Source: Octopus sinensis
Lineage: Eukaryota
NCBI RefSeq assembly: GCF_006345805.1
Contig: NC_042999.1
Coordinates: 114,824,001 to 114,888,000, forward strand
Direction of reading: 5' to 3'
Length of the DNA stretch: 64,000 nt
Below are positions 25,747 through 39,328 of this stretch, piece after piece (position 1 is the stretch's first letter; the number at the start of each line of letters is the position of its first letter). The notes under the pieces were generated by a model. That model saw nothing but the letters and a program-made list of their open reading frames with translations, was not told the origin of the DNA and made no database searches. Position numbers and translations under genes: made by a program.

Positions 25747-26760
25747 AAAACGAGAATACCAATAACAAGGACGATGACAGATAAGCGTCGATAGAGAAGG
25801 ATGAGGAGTAAAAAGGCGATGAGTCGGGACGTATCTGTGAATGGACATTGGAGAAGGAGTACATTCATGCTTTGTTAAAGACATTGAAAATATTCCCCCA
25901 CGTCACAGCTTCCACCACCCAATCCCTTCTCCCGACACCACTGTCATTACTACCACTGTCACTGCTAGCACCGCTACCACAGCAATCACTACCTCCAGTA
26001 TTACCATAATCATCACCAGAATACCGCTTCCGCATACTACCATCCCCCCCACCACCACCACCACTACCACCACCATCACTACCACCATCACCACCACCGC
26101 CGCTACCATCTCTACTGCCACCAACATCACTACCACCGCCATTACCACCACCACTACTACCACCATTACCACCACCACCAGTACTACCACCACCCCAGTA
26201 CTACCACTGCCACAACCACCACCATCTCCAGTACCACCAACACCATCACTACTACTATTACCACTACCACCACCATCATCGCCACTACCACCACAACCAC
26301 CACCTTCTCCACTACCACCGTCACTACCCCTACCACTACCACCACCACAACCACCACTACCACTACCACCAACACCATCCCTACTACTATTACCACTACC
26401 AACACCCTACCACCCCCATCAACGCCACTACCACCACCACCACCAGTAACATCACCACTAGGACACTTCTACCATTCTCATTACCACCGCTATAATAACC
26501 TCAATGAACAATAATCTCTAACACCACTACGACATCATCTGTACTACCACTACCGCAACCACAATACACAATCATCACCAGAACCACCATCAACATCATC
26601 ATCACTAACTCCACGGGCAACATCAATCATCACTACTACCATAACTACCACTACCACCACCACTACAACTACTAACATCATCACAACCTTCACCATGATC
26701 ATTACTACAACCACCACCACCACCATCACCACAACCACCACTATCATCGTCACAGTGACA
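25155..26760. repeat. Compound trinucleotide low-complexity region (GAA/GAT/GGT/TAG, then CAC/TAC)
   Basis: Direct inspection; explains the poly-amino-acid ORFs. Confidence 0.9.
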
Positions 26761-27294
26761 CTGAATGTGCGCAATCACCAATAATTGAACAAATTCGTCA
26801 GCCAATGATTATATTGTTTACTTATTGGGGAGGTCACGTGCTGTGTGTCGTCACAACTTCAATACAATACATATACGCACGCGCACAACACCCACGTAAA
26901 CACGTACACATATGCACACACACACACACACACACACATACGCACGCACACACCCACACACCCACACACATCCATACCACACATTGGTCTTCATTGTGTT
27001 CTTTAACCACTTTGGCTATTCATCTTATACTTGACTTATTGTCGTTGTTGTTATTGTTGCTGTCGTTGTCGTTACTGATGTCGTTGTTATCATTGTAGTT
27101 GTTGCTATTGCTGTCGACTTTTGTTGGTGTTGTTGTCATTGATGTTGATGATTCCGTCGTGAGTTTTGGACGTGTGTGTGGGTGCGAGCGTGCGTGCGTA
27201 TGTGTGTGCGTGCGCGCGTTGTATATTCCTCATGCTATTGTTATCGGTATTGTTCTTGCTGTGGACAATTTCGAGTACGTGTCATCTTTATCTT

Positions 27295-27500
27295 TGTCTT
27301 TTATCTTTTACTTGCTTCTGTCATTTGAGTGCGACGATGCTGGAGCACCACCTTTAGTCGAACAAATCGACCCCAGGACTTATTCTTAGTAAGTACTTAT
27401 TCTATCGGTCTCTTTTGCCGAACTGCTAAGTTACGGGGACGTAAACACACCAACATCGGTTGTCAAGAGATGGTAGGGGACAAACACAGACACACACAAA
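27295..27500 (-). mobile_element. SINE family B, 3' part; continues at 28202-28245 and possibly 29283-29385
   Basis: Reverse complement of the 27990-28168 tail. Confidence 0.8.
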
Positions 27501-27530
27501 AAATATATATATATATATATATATATAGTT

Positions 27531-27764
27531 ACAAGGGGCTACACACAGAGGGGACGGATCTTTTCACTTTGACCGGCAGATTTTTAAAATAATTTTTCTG
27601 TAACTAAACACTTTTAAACTTCGTATACTGGTAGAATGTGTTACATAAAACATCTTTTTCTCTTGGCTACCTTGAGAAAATTCTGTAGTTTGTAAGCTAT
27701 TTGTTGTTTAATTTCTTGCATTTCGGCAATTTCAACCAATCAATGGCGTCTATTGAGGTGAATA
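27531..27764 (+). repeat. ~233-bp dispersed repeat, near-identical to 33533-33765
   Basis: ACAAGGGGCTACACACAGAGGGGACGGATCTTTTCACTTTGACCGGCAG..TATTGAGGTGAATA occurs at both sites. Confidence 0.9.
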
Positions 27765-27775
27765 TATATATATAG

Positions 27776-28165
27776 TCGCAGGAGTGGCTGTGTGGTAAGT
27801 AGCTTGCTAACCCACCACATGGTTCCGGGTTCAGTCCCACTGCGTGGCATCTTGGGAAAGTGTCTTCTGCTATAGCCCCGGGCCGACTAATGCCTTGTGA
27901 GTGGATTTGGTAGACGGAAACTGAAAGAAGCCTGTCGTATATATGTATATATATATATATACATATATGTGTGTGTGTGTATGTCTATGTTTGTCCCCCT
28001 AGCATTGCTTGACAACCGATGCTGGTGTGTTTAGCGGTTCGGCAAAAGAGACCGATAGAATAAGTACTGGGCTTACAAAGAATAAGTCCCGGGGTCGATT
28101 TGCTCGACTAAAGGTGGTGCTCCAGCATGGCCGCAGTCAAATGACTGAAACAAGTAAAAGAATAA

Positions 28166-28168
<3 letters not shown>
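27776..28168 (+). mobile_element. Full-length tRNA-derived SINE family B with internal (TA)n/(TG)n
   Basis: A-box-like GTGGCTGTGTGG, B-box-like GGTTCAGTCCC, CORE-like CTTGGGAAAGTGTCTT, A-rich tail. Confidence 0.85.
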
Positions 28169-28203
<35 letters not shown>

Positions 28204-28804
28204 CAGGCTTCTTTCCGTTTTCGTCTACCAAATCCACTCACAAGATATATATATGATTCCGTATATAAATAAACAAAAATATGTATGCAAATACATGCTC
28301 ACACGAATATAAGTATATACATGTATACATATACATCCATACATCCATGTATGTACATAAATATAATCATACACGTATACTTATACACATACACAGACGC
28401 ACACATACATATGCATACTCACAGTACACAAATACACATAAAAACATATCTAGATCATGGCGTATATATACAAAGAATTTTTAAAAAGCTGCTCAGTTTA
28501 TATAATAGTAAAATTCGGATAAAAAGGCATTTACAAAATGCATCATCATATATAGGATTATCTATAAATTAAATGCAACAATTAAATAGGTTTGTAAAAT
28601 GTAATAAAATAAAATAATAACATAATAAAATAATAAGGATGAACCTCGGCAAAGTTTAAGCTTTAAAATATGTAAAACAGTCGAAGGTTTTCTTAAAGAA
28701 TGCGTCGAAATATATATTCGATATCGTTGCGATGCGAAATAACCATACATTACAAATACAATTCCAAAAGTGGCATTTGAAACAAATTCGAAAGTCAACA
28801 TATA

Positions 28805-29275
28805 TTATCCATATAATATTTTGTCGGTTGCCATTTTAAATTTTGTTGCGTTCCTGCAATTTAGGAGTTCGCGTCTTTGATTCAAAGCGCTATTATCCTG
28901 AAATAAGATAAAGAATTTTTCAGAAAGGCATAAATTGCATTTCATGGATCTTTTATTAGCGCCATATCTGTAAGCTGATGCATTATCTAAGATTTTCCAT
29001 GTTACGTTGAAAGGACGGGTTTCATTTTCTTTCAATTCCCAAATATGTTTTGCCAGACTAGTCTTTGTCTTATTTTCGAGGTACCGGAAGGAATTTCTGT
29101 GGGAATAAAATCGGGTCTTGAAAGAATTTTCTGAAGCCCCTGTGTATGTTTTATATTCTTGCGAGCCTTCTATTTGTACTTTGGCCCAATACACAATCCT
29201 TTTCTCCGGACATTTTCCTTCCAACGGACAGGAGGTCTCATTTTTGAAATTACAATTCTTTGGATTTGAATCGCT
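28805..29275 (-). mobile_element. Penelope-like retroelement 3' fragment: open GIY-YIG endonuclease with Cys-rich linker (Naiad/Neptune-type)
   Basis: KNCNFKNETSCPLEGKC..IVY..YTGASENSFKTRFYSH..SLAKHIWELK..WKIL..CNLCLSEK..LNQRRELLNCR; 5'-truncated, no RT. Confidence 0.85.
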
Positions 29276-29505
29276 GAAAATTAGCTACAACAGAAAACAC
29301 GTACCCAAGGTATCACGTAAAAGGATTGAACCTGGAGCCATGCGGTTGAGAAGCAAGCTTCTTACCACACAATCACGCCTGCGCCAATGTAAAATTTTGT
29401 TGTTTATATTTATGTGCAATAAATTGGTTATACTTCTGTAATACATGAAATATTTTAACAACCTTTTAAAACAATTCCTAATAATAATTTAATAATAAAG
29501 ATATC

Positions 29506-29842
29506 GGAGACCCCCTTTTGTCACGAAATGACCATGAGAGTGCACCTAGAAAGTTACCCTCCAATGCACAAGTCTGGGCAAGGTTGTTTATGGAAGACCA
29601 GCAGTCGCCCATACATATCAGCCTCCCCTCTACACGCCACCGATGTTATCCAAGGGAAAGACAAAGGCCGATACAGGTTGGCACCAGTGACATCACCACT
29701 CATTTCTACAGCTGAGTGAACAGGAGCAATGTGAAATAAAGTGTCTTACTCAAGAACACAATACGCAGCCCGGTCCGGGATTCGAACTCACAACCTGACG
29801 GTCGTAAGTTCGACGATCTAACCACTGAGCCATGCGCCTTCA
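29506..29842 (-). mobile_element. Full-length tRNA-derived SINE family C
   Basis: Minus-strand head GGCGCATGGCTCAGTGGTTAG..GAGTTCGAATCCCGG, then GTGTTCTTGAGTAAGACACTTTATTTCAC..CTCAGCTGTAGAAATGAGT. Confidence 0.85.
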
Positions 29843-30124
29843 ATAAAGATATAAGGGGATTTTAAAATATCGAATGGCTATAAGGGTCACCTGAATAAAA
29901 TAGAAAACAAAGGGGTCCGAAAGAAGAAATGGTTGGGAATTACTGATCTCGGATTATATTATCAAATGTGACACTTCAATTTCGAGACTGCAGGGTGCAA
30001 TATGAAGGAGATTTGGCAACTACCTTTAGCAGATCGGCGGTGTTATGTTGGTACGTTTTTGTTAAATTCTTGTTGTTATCATAAATGTACAGGGATACTC
30101 GTATGAAACTGTCTATTCAGAGTG

Positions 30125-30745
30125 ACTGACAAAGATGAGGATGATGACCACGGCGACAATGACGATGATGATGATGATGAGGAGGAGGAGGAGGAGGAGG
30201 AGGAGGGGGAGGAGGAGGATGACAATTTTTATGATGACGACGACGATAATGGCGATGATGAAATGGTGATAACGAAGACAACAACGATGATGGCGATGAC
30301 GTAATGGAGATAACGAAAATGTCAATGATGATGATGATGACGATGACGACAACGACGACGACGACAATGTTGATGATGACGACAACAATGATGATGATGA
30401 CGATAATGGTAATAATGAGAATGTCAATGATGATGATGATGATGATAACCACGTCGACCATAACGTTGACGATGACGAGCAAGGTGACCAAGTCGTTGGC
30501 GCGGAGCGGCGGCAGTGACGGTGGTGGCGGCGGCGGCGGCGGCGGCGGTGGCGGTGGCGGTGGGGGCAACGGCTAGAGGGAAGCTGATAGCGGCGACAGC
30601 TAGGGTAACGACGACAACGTCGATGGCAGCATGGCAAACAACATTTAACATCACACCACTTTACCACCATCAACTACCAAAGGTAACCATCACCAACAGC
30701 AACGACAGCAACAACAACAACAACAACAACAACAGCAGCATCGGC
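30125..30745. repeat. Trinucleotide low-complexity tract (GAT/GAC/GAG/GGC/CAA); a similar tract lies at 31190-31550
   Basis: Direct inspection. Confidence 0.9.
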
Positions 30746-31255
30746 AGCGTTGGCAGCGTGGCTGCTTTCCTCATAGTCATTTATAGCTAGTAAAATTCTC
30801 CGCGAGGCCAGATGTAGTATTAGCATTAATGACAAAAATCAATTGGAGAAGAGATTAATAGATTTAAGAATAGCAGAACACGCTTAATCCTGAACCCAAC
30901 GGCAGTCTTTTCTGGCGTCAGGCACGGCGCTGAAACCTTTAAGGGGCCGCCATAGCACACGTGCCGGTTCATCGTCTTTGTTGCTAATGGGGCCTCGTAA
31001 TTTCATATAATTGCTCTCCAGACTAGAAACACATCTCGTTGTTCCCTTCTTCAGCAGTCTTTACTCTTTAAGGAGTCAATGATAATGCTTTCTTTAAGTG
31101 GCTCTAAAATAGAAAATAGTAATAATAATAATAAAAAAGAAATGTTCGTGATGGGGTGGGAAGGGAGAAAGAAGGAAGGAATAAAAATGAAGGTGGTGGC
31201 GGTGGCGGCGGTGGTGGTGGTGGTGGTGGTGGTGATGGTGATGATGATGATGATT

Positions 31256-31287
<32 letters not shown>

Positions 31288-31944
31288 GGTGGTGAAGCTG
31301 GTGGTGGTGGTGAAGCTGGTGGTAGTGGTGGTTTTTGCAGTGGTGGTGACATCTGGTGATCCTAGTCATGATGATGGTCGTCGTCATCGTCGTCGTGATG
31401 GTGGTGGCTGCGGTGGCGATAGCAGTGGTGGAGGAGTTGGTGTTATCGTCGGAGATGATGGTGATGATGATAACGATAATGTTGTCAATGAGGATGAGGA
31501 GGAGTGGGAGAAGGAAAAGGAGGAGGAGGACGTCGATGACGACGACGATGTTTAATAGTGATACGAGTTCATAAGTTTATATGAAAGGAGCTAAAGTGGA
31601 TTAGATTGGACCTAGCATATGACTGGTACTTATTTTCCTGAAAATGACCCCCACTTCATACACATACGCCTCGCGATTATACCTGCTCCTGATCCTCGAG
31701 GGAGAGGAAGGCAAAAACTCAATCTCGACAGGATTCGAACTCGAATATAAAAGATACTTTGTAACTAAATATCTCTAAAATCATTAGTCTGCTCATAATT
31801 CTAATTGTAGTTGTGGCGTTTAAAGTTCATGCCTTTCACAAGGTTATTTCTCATGGACATAACTTGGACATAAAATGGACATAAAAGGAAATATTTGGGG
31901 TCCACACTAATGAACATAAAAGTATTTTTAAAAATAAAATATAG

Positions 31945-32705
31945 CCGCAGACGTGGTTGAGTAGTAAGAAACTTGCTTCTCAACAACGTGGTCTTGGGTT
32001 CTGTCCCAATCACAGTACCTTGGGCAAACGATAGGCGGAAACTGAAAGAATCCCGCCGTGCCCCATCATGACAACCTTTAGGTCCAAACGCATAAAAGAA
32101 CAAAAGAGAATATGTGTATGTATATACCCTCGTTCTGGTCTAACGACCCTCCATGTTTGTTTTCATTCGGTTTCCTTGTATGTCTCCACTGTCCTGTTTT
32201 TGTTCCCAACTTTGACCCTCCATAAATCCCAAATCATATTTTGCTACTTATGTGAGCAACTGTCTTCGAAGAGTCATATTGTCGTTTAATGCTTGAAATG
32301 AGTAGTATATAGACAGCCGACAACTGATGAAGGGTCGTTCTTTGTGTTACTTGTTCTGTTCGCCATTTGTTTCTCTCGTTGTTTGCGTATTGAACTCATT
32401 TGTTTTCGTATTTCATGTTGTTTACTACTGGTGACGTCCTGTACCCATATATGCATATGTATAAATATATGTGTATGTATGAATGTATGTATGAATGTAT
32501 GTATATGTCTATATGTGTGTGTGTACGTGTTTGTATCCCCGTGACATTAGCGGTTCGGTAGAAAGAGATCGATAGCATAACTTCCAAACCAGTTTTTAAA
32601 AAATAAGTACAAGGACGATTTGTTCAACTAAAAGCCCCTTCAATTCAAGGCGATGCCCCAGCATGGCGGCTTTCAAAAATCTGAAACAAATAGAAGATAA
32701 AGTAT
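31945..32705 (+). mobile_element. Diverged SINE family B interrupted by an unrelated ~330-bp insert (32120-32445)
   Basis: Head at 31945-32060 and tail at 32520-32705 match 27776-28168. Confidence 0.65.
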
Positions 32706-33344
32706 AAATATAAAAGTAATAGTCACGAAAAAGCCAGGATGGGATAATAAAAAAAAGAAAGAATACATCTCGTAGATCCCTTATACCCTTAAATAAGTGA
32801 CTCTAACTGAAGCACTATTTATTTTATTCATTTTTGATAATCTCTTCGCTTCCCCTCCATCTTTGCTTTTCTTTGTTTTGCTTTTTATTTTTTCCTCTTT
32901 ATACTTTGTAAACACGATGTGCCACAGAATATCGAGATCGGTAATGATCAACTAAGTTTTCTTTTTTTATATAATTCTAAAGAAGGACAAAAATCCTTGA
33001 ATTCTTTTCCCTCCTCTCCTTTTTTCTGTTTTATTTTTTTTTTCGTTTTTTTTTAAACCCGTCCCCTCACCACAGGAGAATTTATTTGTTTTTGCTTGTT
33101 TATTTGCTTTGTATTATTATTATTTCTATTTTATTTCAAGACTTATTTTTTTCTTTCTGTTTTATTTTTCTCACCGTTCCTTAAGCTATTTCTTCCGTCT
33201 CTCTACCCATTATTAGTTTGAGATTTTTATATGTCACAACGCTGTCACTCTAACAACCTTTTTATTTGTTTTTCATGTTTTTTCTTCTTTTTTTTCTTTT
33301 TCGTTAGAACAACCAAGAAAGTATTTCGTGATCAAATTTTGGTT

Positions 33345-34340
33345 TCTTATTTCTTTACTGCCCACAAGGAGACAAACAAGGACAGACAAACGGATTAAGT
33401 CGACTAGATCGACCCCAGTGCGTAACTGGTACTTATTTAATCGAGCCCGAAAGGATGAAGGGCAAAGTCGACCTCGGCGGAATTAGAACTCAGAACATAG
33501 CAGCAGACGAAATACCGATTTCTTTACTGCCCACAAGGGGCTACACACAGAGGGGACGGATCTTTTCACTTTGACCGGCAGATTTTAAAAATAATTTTTC
33601 TTTAACTAAACACTTTAAACTTCGTATACTGGTAGAATGTGTTACATAAAACATCTTTTTCTCTTGGCTTTCTTGAGAAAATTCTGTAGTTTGTAAGCTA
33701 TTTGTTGTTTAATTTCTTGCATTTCGGCAATTTCAACCAATCAATGACGTCTATTGAGGTGAATACAATTTCTGCGGTTCTTTGGCAGTAAGATTAAACT
33801 GCTATTTTTAGCACGTTGAATTCCCATTGGCATGATTATGATTATGTAGCTACAAGAAGTGAACGTGTTTGAATTATAATTAGTTGCTGACTCCTTATGT
33901 TAAGTGCAACTCATTGATATTTATTTCTTTAATGCCCACAGGGAGCTAAACATAGAGGGGACAAACAAGGACAGACAAACGGATTAAGTCGATTACATCG
34001 ACCCCAGTGCGTAACTGGTACTTATTTAATCGACTCCGAAAGGATGAAAGGCAAAGTTGACCTCGGCGGAATTTGAACTCAGAACGTAGCGGCAGACGAA
34101 ATACCTATTTCTTTACTACCCACAAGGGGCTAAACACAGAGGAGACAAGCAAGGACAGAGGAATGGATTAAGTCGATTATATCGACCCCAGTGCTTAACT
34201 GGTGCTTATTTAATCGACCCCGAAAGGATGAAAGGCAAAGTCGACCTCGGCGGAATTTGAACTCAGAACCTAACGGCAGACGAAATACCGCGACGCATTT
34301 CGCCCGGCGTGCTACCGTTTCTGCCAGCTCGCCGCCTTAA
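33345..34340 (-). mobile_element. Young multimeric SINE family A copies (33345-33560; two-unit copy 33920-34340)
   Basis: ~185-bp units joined head-to-tail. Confidence 0.85.
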
Positions 34341-34384
34341 AGTGTGAACATGACAGGTAGAATATTGATGTTTGGGACAGTCAA

Positions 34385-34760
34385 GAAAAGTATGCCTGTA
34401 TGAAAATCACAAAGAAAGAGGATAATTATGAGCAACTGCTTCGAAACCTCCAGCTCCTATATCCAGATTATAAATTCACATTTATACCGATAATAATAGG
34501 TGCACTTTGTTTTCTAAGTGATAATCTTAGCGATAATTGGGAAAAGCTAAAGTGTTCAGAGAAAGAAGTCAATCAATTCGTAGATTACAGTTACAATTTG
34601 TTACCGAAATAGTAAAAATATGCAAAACATTTCTCAAGTTTAAGATGTGATATTGTATTTGTTATCTATATTCGAACGACGGAGCTTTGTATCTTTGTTA
34701 GACACCAACTCCTTCCTTATAGGAAAACTTGTAATAATTAAAAATAGGAAAGAGCATACA
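34385..34760 (+). mobile_element. RLE-type LINE 3' end (same family as 5762-6065) ending at CATA/CA repeats
   Basis: KEDNYEQLLRNLQLLYPDYKFTFIPIIIGAL.., then 3'UTR. Confidence 0.75.
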
Positions 34761-35920
34761 TGTAGTCGTACATGCACACACACACACAAACACATATACA
34801 TACATAAATACATACATATACTTATGTGCATACATACACACAATGGCTATCACCTCGTCCTCAGCTTACTTGTACTTATGTACCACAACCAGGGAGAGTG
34901 CAACATAATTAAATAGACCCTCCCTCGAGCAACAGACTTGACTGTCCTGCACCCGAATCCAAAGTCCAGAGGGCACTCAACAACCGAAGGTAGAAAGAGT
35001 CGCAGTAAATAATTGTTGGTTCACAAGAGACTCCTACACGTTTCGACAGTTTTTTTTCGGTCTGTAGAGTATTCACGCAGCTTCCCCACCTTGGAAAAAG
35101 AAATTTCCATGTGGCTTTGCAGATTTAGTTGCCAACGACTCGACTATGAGGCTGATAGTTCCGGTAGTTCCATTCTTACGTTAAAAGTTATCTACAGTAC
35201 CATATGAAAGCATGTAATAACAAGTATTAAACATCAGTGCATCCTTAAATACAGATGCTATCACTCGGGAACAACACCAAAGAGATACACGCAGTATACA
35301 TTGTAATAAAATAACTTAACATAAGCCTCCCAGGTCTCAAGTAAAACTTGAGAAAGTAAAACACCCAAAACCTACACAACAGAATCAGGCATTTAGACCT
35401 GAGCATGTGGCGTAATGTGAACAACATTTTCACTGAGTACTAATATTGTCTTCCAAAAGTTCTAAAATATACGTGAATTATACACTTTCCACTCTTCGGG
35501 GAAAATTGATGATCTTAACGCATGATCTCAAGACAGGAAAGGTTACTGAAAAACAATGTTAGCTTTCAGTAACTGCAAATGTATACCTGAAGATAAAAGA
35601 AAATAAGTTATCTAACAAAAAAAAAAAAACCTTTCCGAAGATCTTAAATTATATTGGTCTAAAATCTGAAGTGAAAAGGGATTTCAGTCGTAATACATCA
35701 TGTCTAAGCAGAATCAGGTACAAAAATGTAGCAACGTCAACAGTAAGGCACACTAGAGCCCCCGAAATTGTTTACTAAAGTGATGAGAAAGCTGCATAAG
35801 CCACTAGGAATAGTATTTCAAGTTTTCTAGAATAAACTAGTAGTGTAATATTATGTTACAACAGAAGTATGTGTGTGTGTATACAACATATATATATATA
35901 ATATATATATTATATATATA

Positions 35921-35975
<55 letters not shown>

Positions 35976-35997
35976 TATAATATACATATATATATAT

Positions 35998-36045
<48 letters not shown>

Positions 36046-36046
36046 G

Positions 36047-36090
<44 letters not shown>

Positions 36091-36855
36091 TTATATACAT
36101 ATATATATTATATATATAAGACATGCATTAAATACATATATTACATACTTCATACTTCATTTATGCAAACATTTTAATATTATATATCTATCTGTCGATC
36201 GATCAATCTCACTTTTACTTTCTATTCCCTTCTTTCTCCCTCTGTGTGTGTACCTACATACACGCTTGCATAAATACAATTCAAACATTACACAACGTAC
36301 ATAATATACATACATGATTCATGCAATACATACCGTACATACCATAACAAAACATAACATCAAGTTGCATACGCATACACACACACATACATGCGTAACT
36401 TTTCCTTTTAATAAAATAAATAATTTGTCATTTGAAAAAGAATATTCTCATTTCTTTGGGTTAATATCATTAATATTTCCAAATATTTTCTACAAACATC
36501 CAATTGATATCTGTGTCGTATTTCCTAGTAATTCCTCATTACCCTTCCTACCCACTGAATAAGGAGGTGAAAACTTAGATTGATTTCATCTGTAACTTAT
36601 TATTTATTTGCTCGAAATTGCTTCCTAACTTAAGTGTTCATTACTAAATGAAATTTCTTATTTTTGTCCTTCTACAAATGTCCATTACTGAACAAGATTT
36701 ACGACTTCATTTTGTAATAAAGCTTTATATAGCCGCCATTACATCATCTGGCATTATATCTGTTTTTATAAATCCATTTTCAATTCAACTTCTTCTTGAT
36801 GCTTACTTTTCCATCCATCTATATATCTGACAGTCTATCTATCCATTATCTATCA

Positions 36856-36993
<138 letters not shown>

Positions 36994-37018
36994 ATATATA
37001 ATGTGTGTATGTATATGC

Positions 37019-37049
<31 letters not shown>

Positions 37050-38136
37050 TATACACATACATATACATATTATATGTGCATATGTATGTCTATATATGCA
37101 TAAATGCATATACGTTCATTTATCTATTTATTTATGTATCTATTTTTCTCTCTACTCTCTTTATACACACACTATATAGACATATACGCACATAAGCATA
37201 CGACGAATATGGGTAAGTTATGTGTGTGCCTGTGTTTGCGCGCGCGTTTGTGTATTTGAATGTTTGTGTGTCATACACGTTCCTGTAAGTGCGTGTGTAC
37301 AGATTTATGTTTGTATAACGGTATCAAAGTTTTTGTTGAAAGAGTCAAAAGCTTTTTGGAAATAACCATCATACACAAATAGAGTGAGTGAATTAAGTGA
37401 TTGTAAATATGAATTGAGGAGAAACCGCGCTGTTTGTTGACTATCATTTCTAATGTGGTACTCTGCTTACTCTCTCTCTTTTCCGTTTTCTCTGTTCTTC
37501 ATCTATATATATATATATATATTATATATATATATATAATTATATACATGCGTACATGCATAAATACATGTGTTTGTATGCGTGTTCGTGTTTGTATATT
37601 TGTGTGTATATGTATTTGTGTATGTATGAGACAGAGAAATGAGTAAGTGGTTGAATGAACGATGAAAGATGAAGTAGCTGAGTTAAAATATGCGTTTAAA
37701 GTTTTCTCAGCCGTGTTTAATGATGGCACAAGTCATCTTATTTCCCCTTCTCCTTACACATCGTTTCAGTACGAATAGGTTTGCGTGGTTACTTTTGCTT
37801 ATTCACTCACCAATGTGTGTGTGTGTGTATGTGTATGCGTGTATGCATGTGTGTGGGGGGTGAACAATGAGAAGATATCGAAATATATCCAACAGACAGA
37901 CAATTTGATAAATATCGCGTAAATATTATGTATAAAGAACTATCCAAAAGTCGGTACAGCCAAATGAATGCTAATGGAGTTACTTCGTCACCGATCACAA
38001 ACAGCGACACGTCACTCGACGAATTTCACACATATATAACTCCAAACTCACAAATACACTTTTAATCAGGAGCAAACACACTCTCACAGGCTCACTTATA
38101 AACTAGTATACAACAGCATTGGTCTGTAATCATATC

Positions 38137-38214
38137 TGTCACTGAAGATGGATATATTTTTCTATCTTCTCGTCTAGATTTATCCATTAAACGGAATACG
38201 AAATCCATCTGTCA
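38137..38214 (+). ncRNA. Degenerate type I hammerhead motif with a looped stem III
   Basis: uguca CUGAAGA uggaua..uaucca u UAAA cgga-auacgaaa-ucca UC uguca; G12 is lost, so likely inactive. Confidence 0.5.
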
Positions 38215-39233
38215 ATAGAAATGAATTTCATCTTCTTTCCATCTATCAAGAATTTATCAGTCAAAGGAAGATATGAATTGCTCACTGACCATAATAACAA
38301 CACCAACCAAGAACATCCTTCGTTTACACGGTTTAATTTATGGCGAATATAAGATGAGAAATGATCCGAGCTCTTCTGTAAAGTGAAATCAGTAATAGTC
38401 GGATTGTATCTGTAACAAGAGCTTGCCAATGATCTCGTTGGTCCTGCCACATCGATCCTAAGACACTATACGATAATATCACCGCAAGTAAAATGAACAT
38501 TTTATACGCAAAAATGGTGCTGATTGCTTTTCCCAATGCTTGTAAACGCGAATAGGAAAAGAGAGAAAGCGGAAAAGAGGAGAGCGCAAAGAAAAAAGAG
38601 AAGATAGTTGATTTGCTCTCAAACTCTGTTGTTAAACAAGGAACTTAATATTCGGGCGTTTTTCGGTTGGTATGGAAGCTTAAATATGATAAATGCGTTG
38701 CAAGTGACAGTCGAGTAAGATATTAGTTAGTATGCTATAGTTTTCGTGTCACTAAATAAAATTGATTTTCTCATCTAATTTCGACACTACCGTGATAGTT
38801 TATGAAGATTTGAATGGTCTGTCAGATATTTTAGTTTATTTTATTATTCACTTATGAGATATGCCTGTTTATTTGAACTGTCACGCTAAAAGTTTGTTGC
38901 ATTTATTTATATAGACGTTGATCTTGTCACGGTTAAGTTTTCACGGTGATGATAACGAAATCTGTATACTATAGTGTTCGAAGTGTTTAGAAATTATATA
39001 AAAGAGCCTTCAATTATAATAAAATATAATGTAAAAACAAAACACTTATGTTAGTCCTACCGACCAGGTTTCGTTCTTCTTTGTTCTGTTTTCTTTCTCA
39101 AGACTTATACATAAATACCAATAGCATTTTTCTCTTTAGCTAATTTATATATCTATTTTCATTATTCTCTATTTAGACGCTTATAGTTTTCCTAGCAGCA
39201 TAGTGCAATACATCCTCCATATTTGGGTATATG

Positions 39234-39274
<41 letters not shown>

Positions 39275-39280
39275 ATATAT

Positions 39281-39326
<46 letters not shown>

Positions 39327-39328
39327 CA

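Noticed and set aside
29755-29842. tRNA gene
   Set aside because: A and B boxes are the head of a SINE; no cloverleaf, and it continues into the SINE body
32261-32335. Possible decayed HHR (TCGAAGA..GAAA..AGACA) and nearby CTGATGA
   Set aside because: Several core and register mismatches; cannot be supported from one copy
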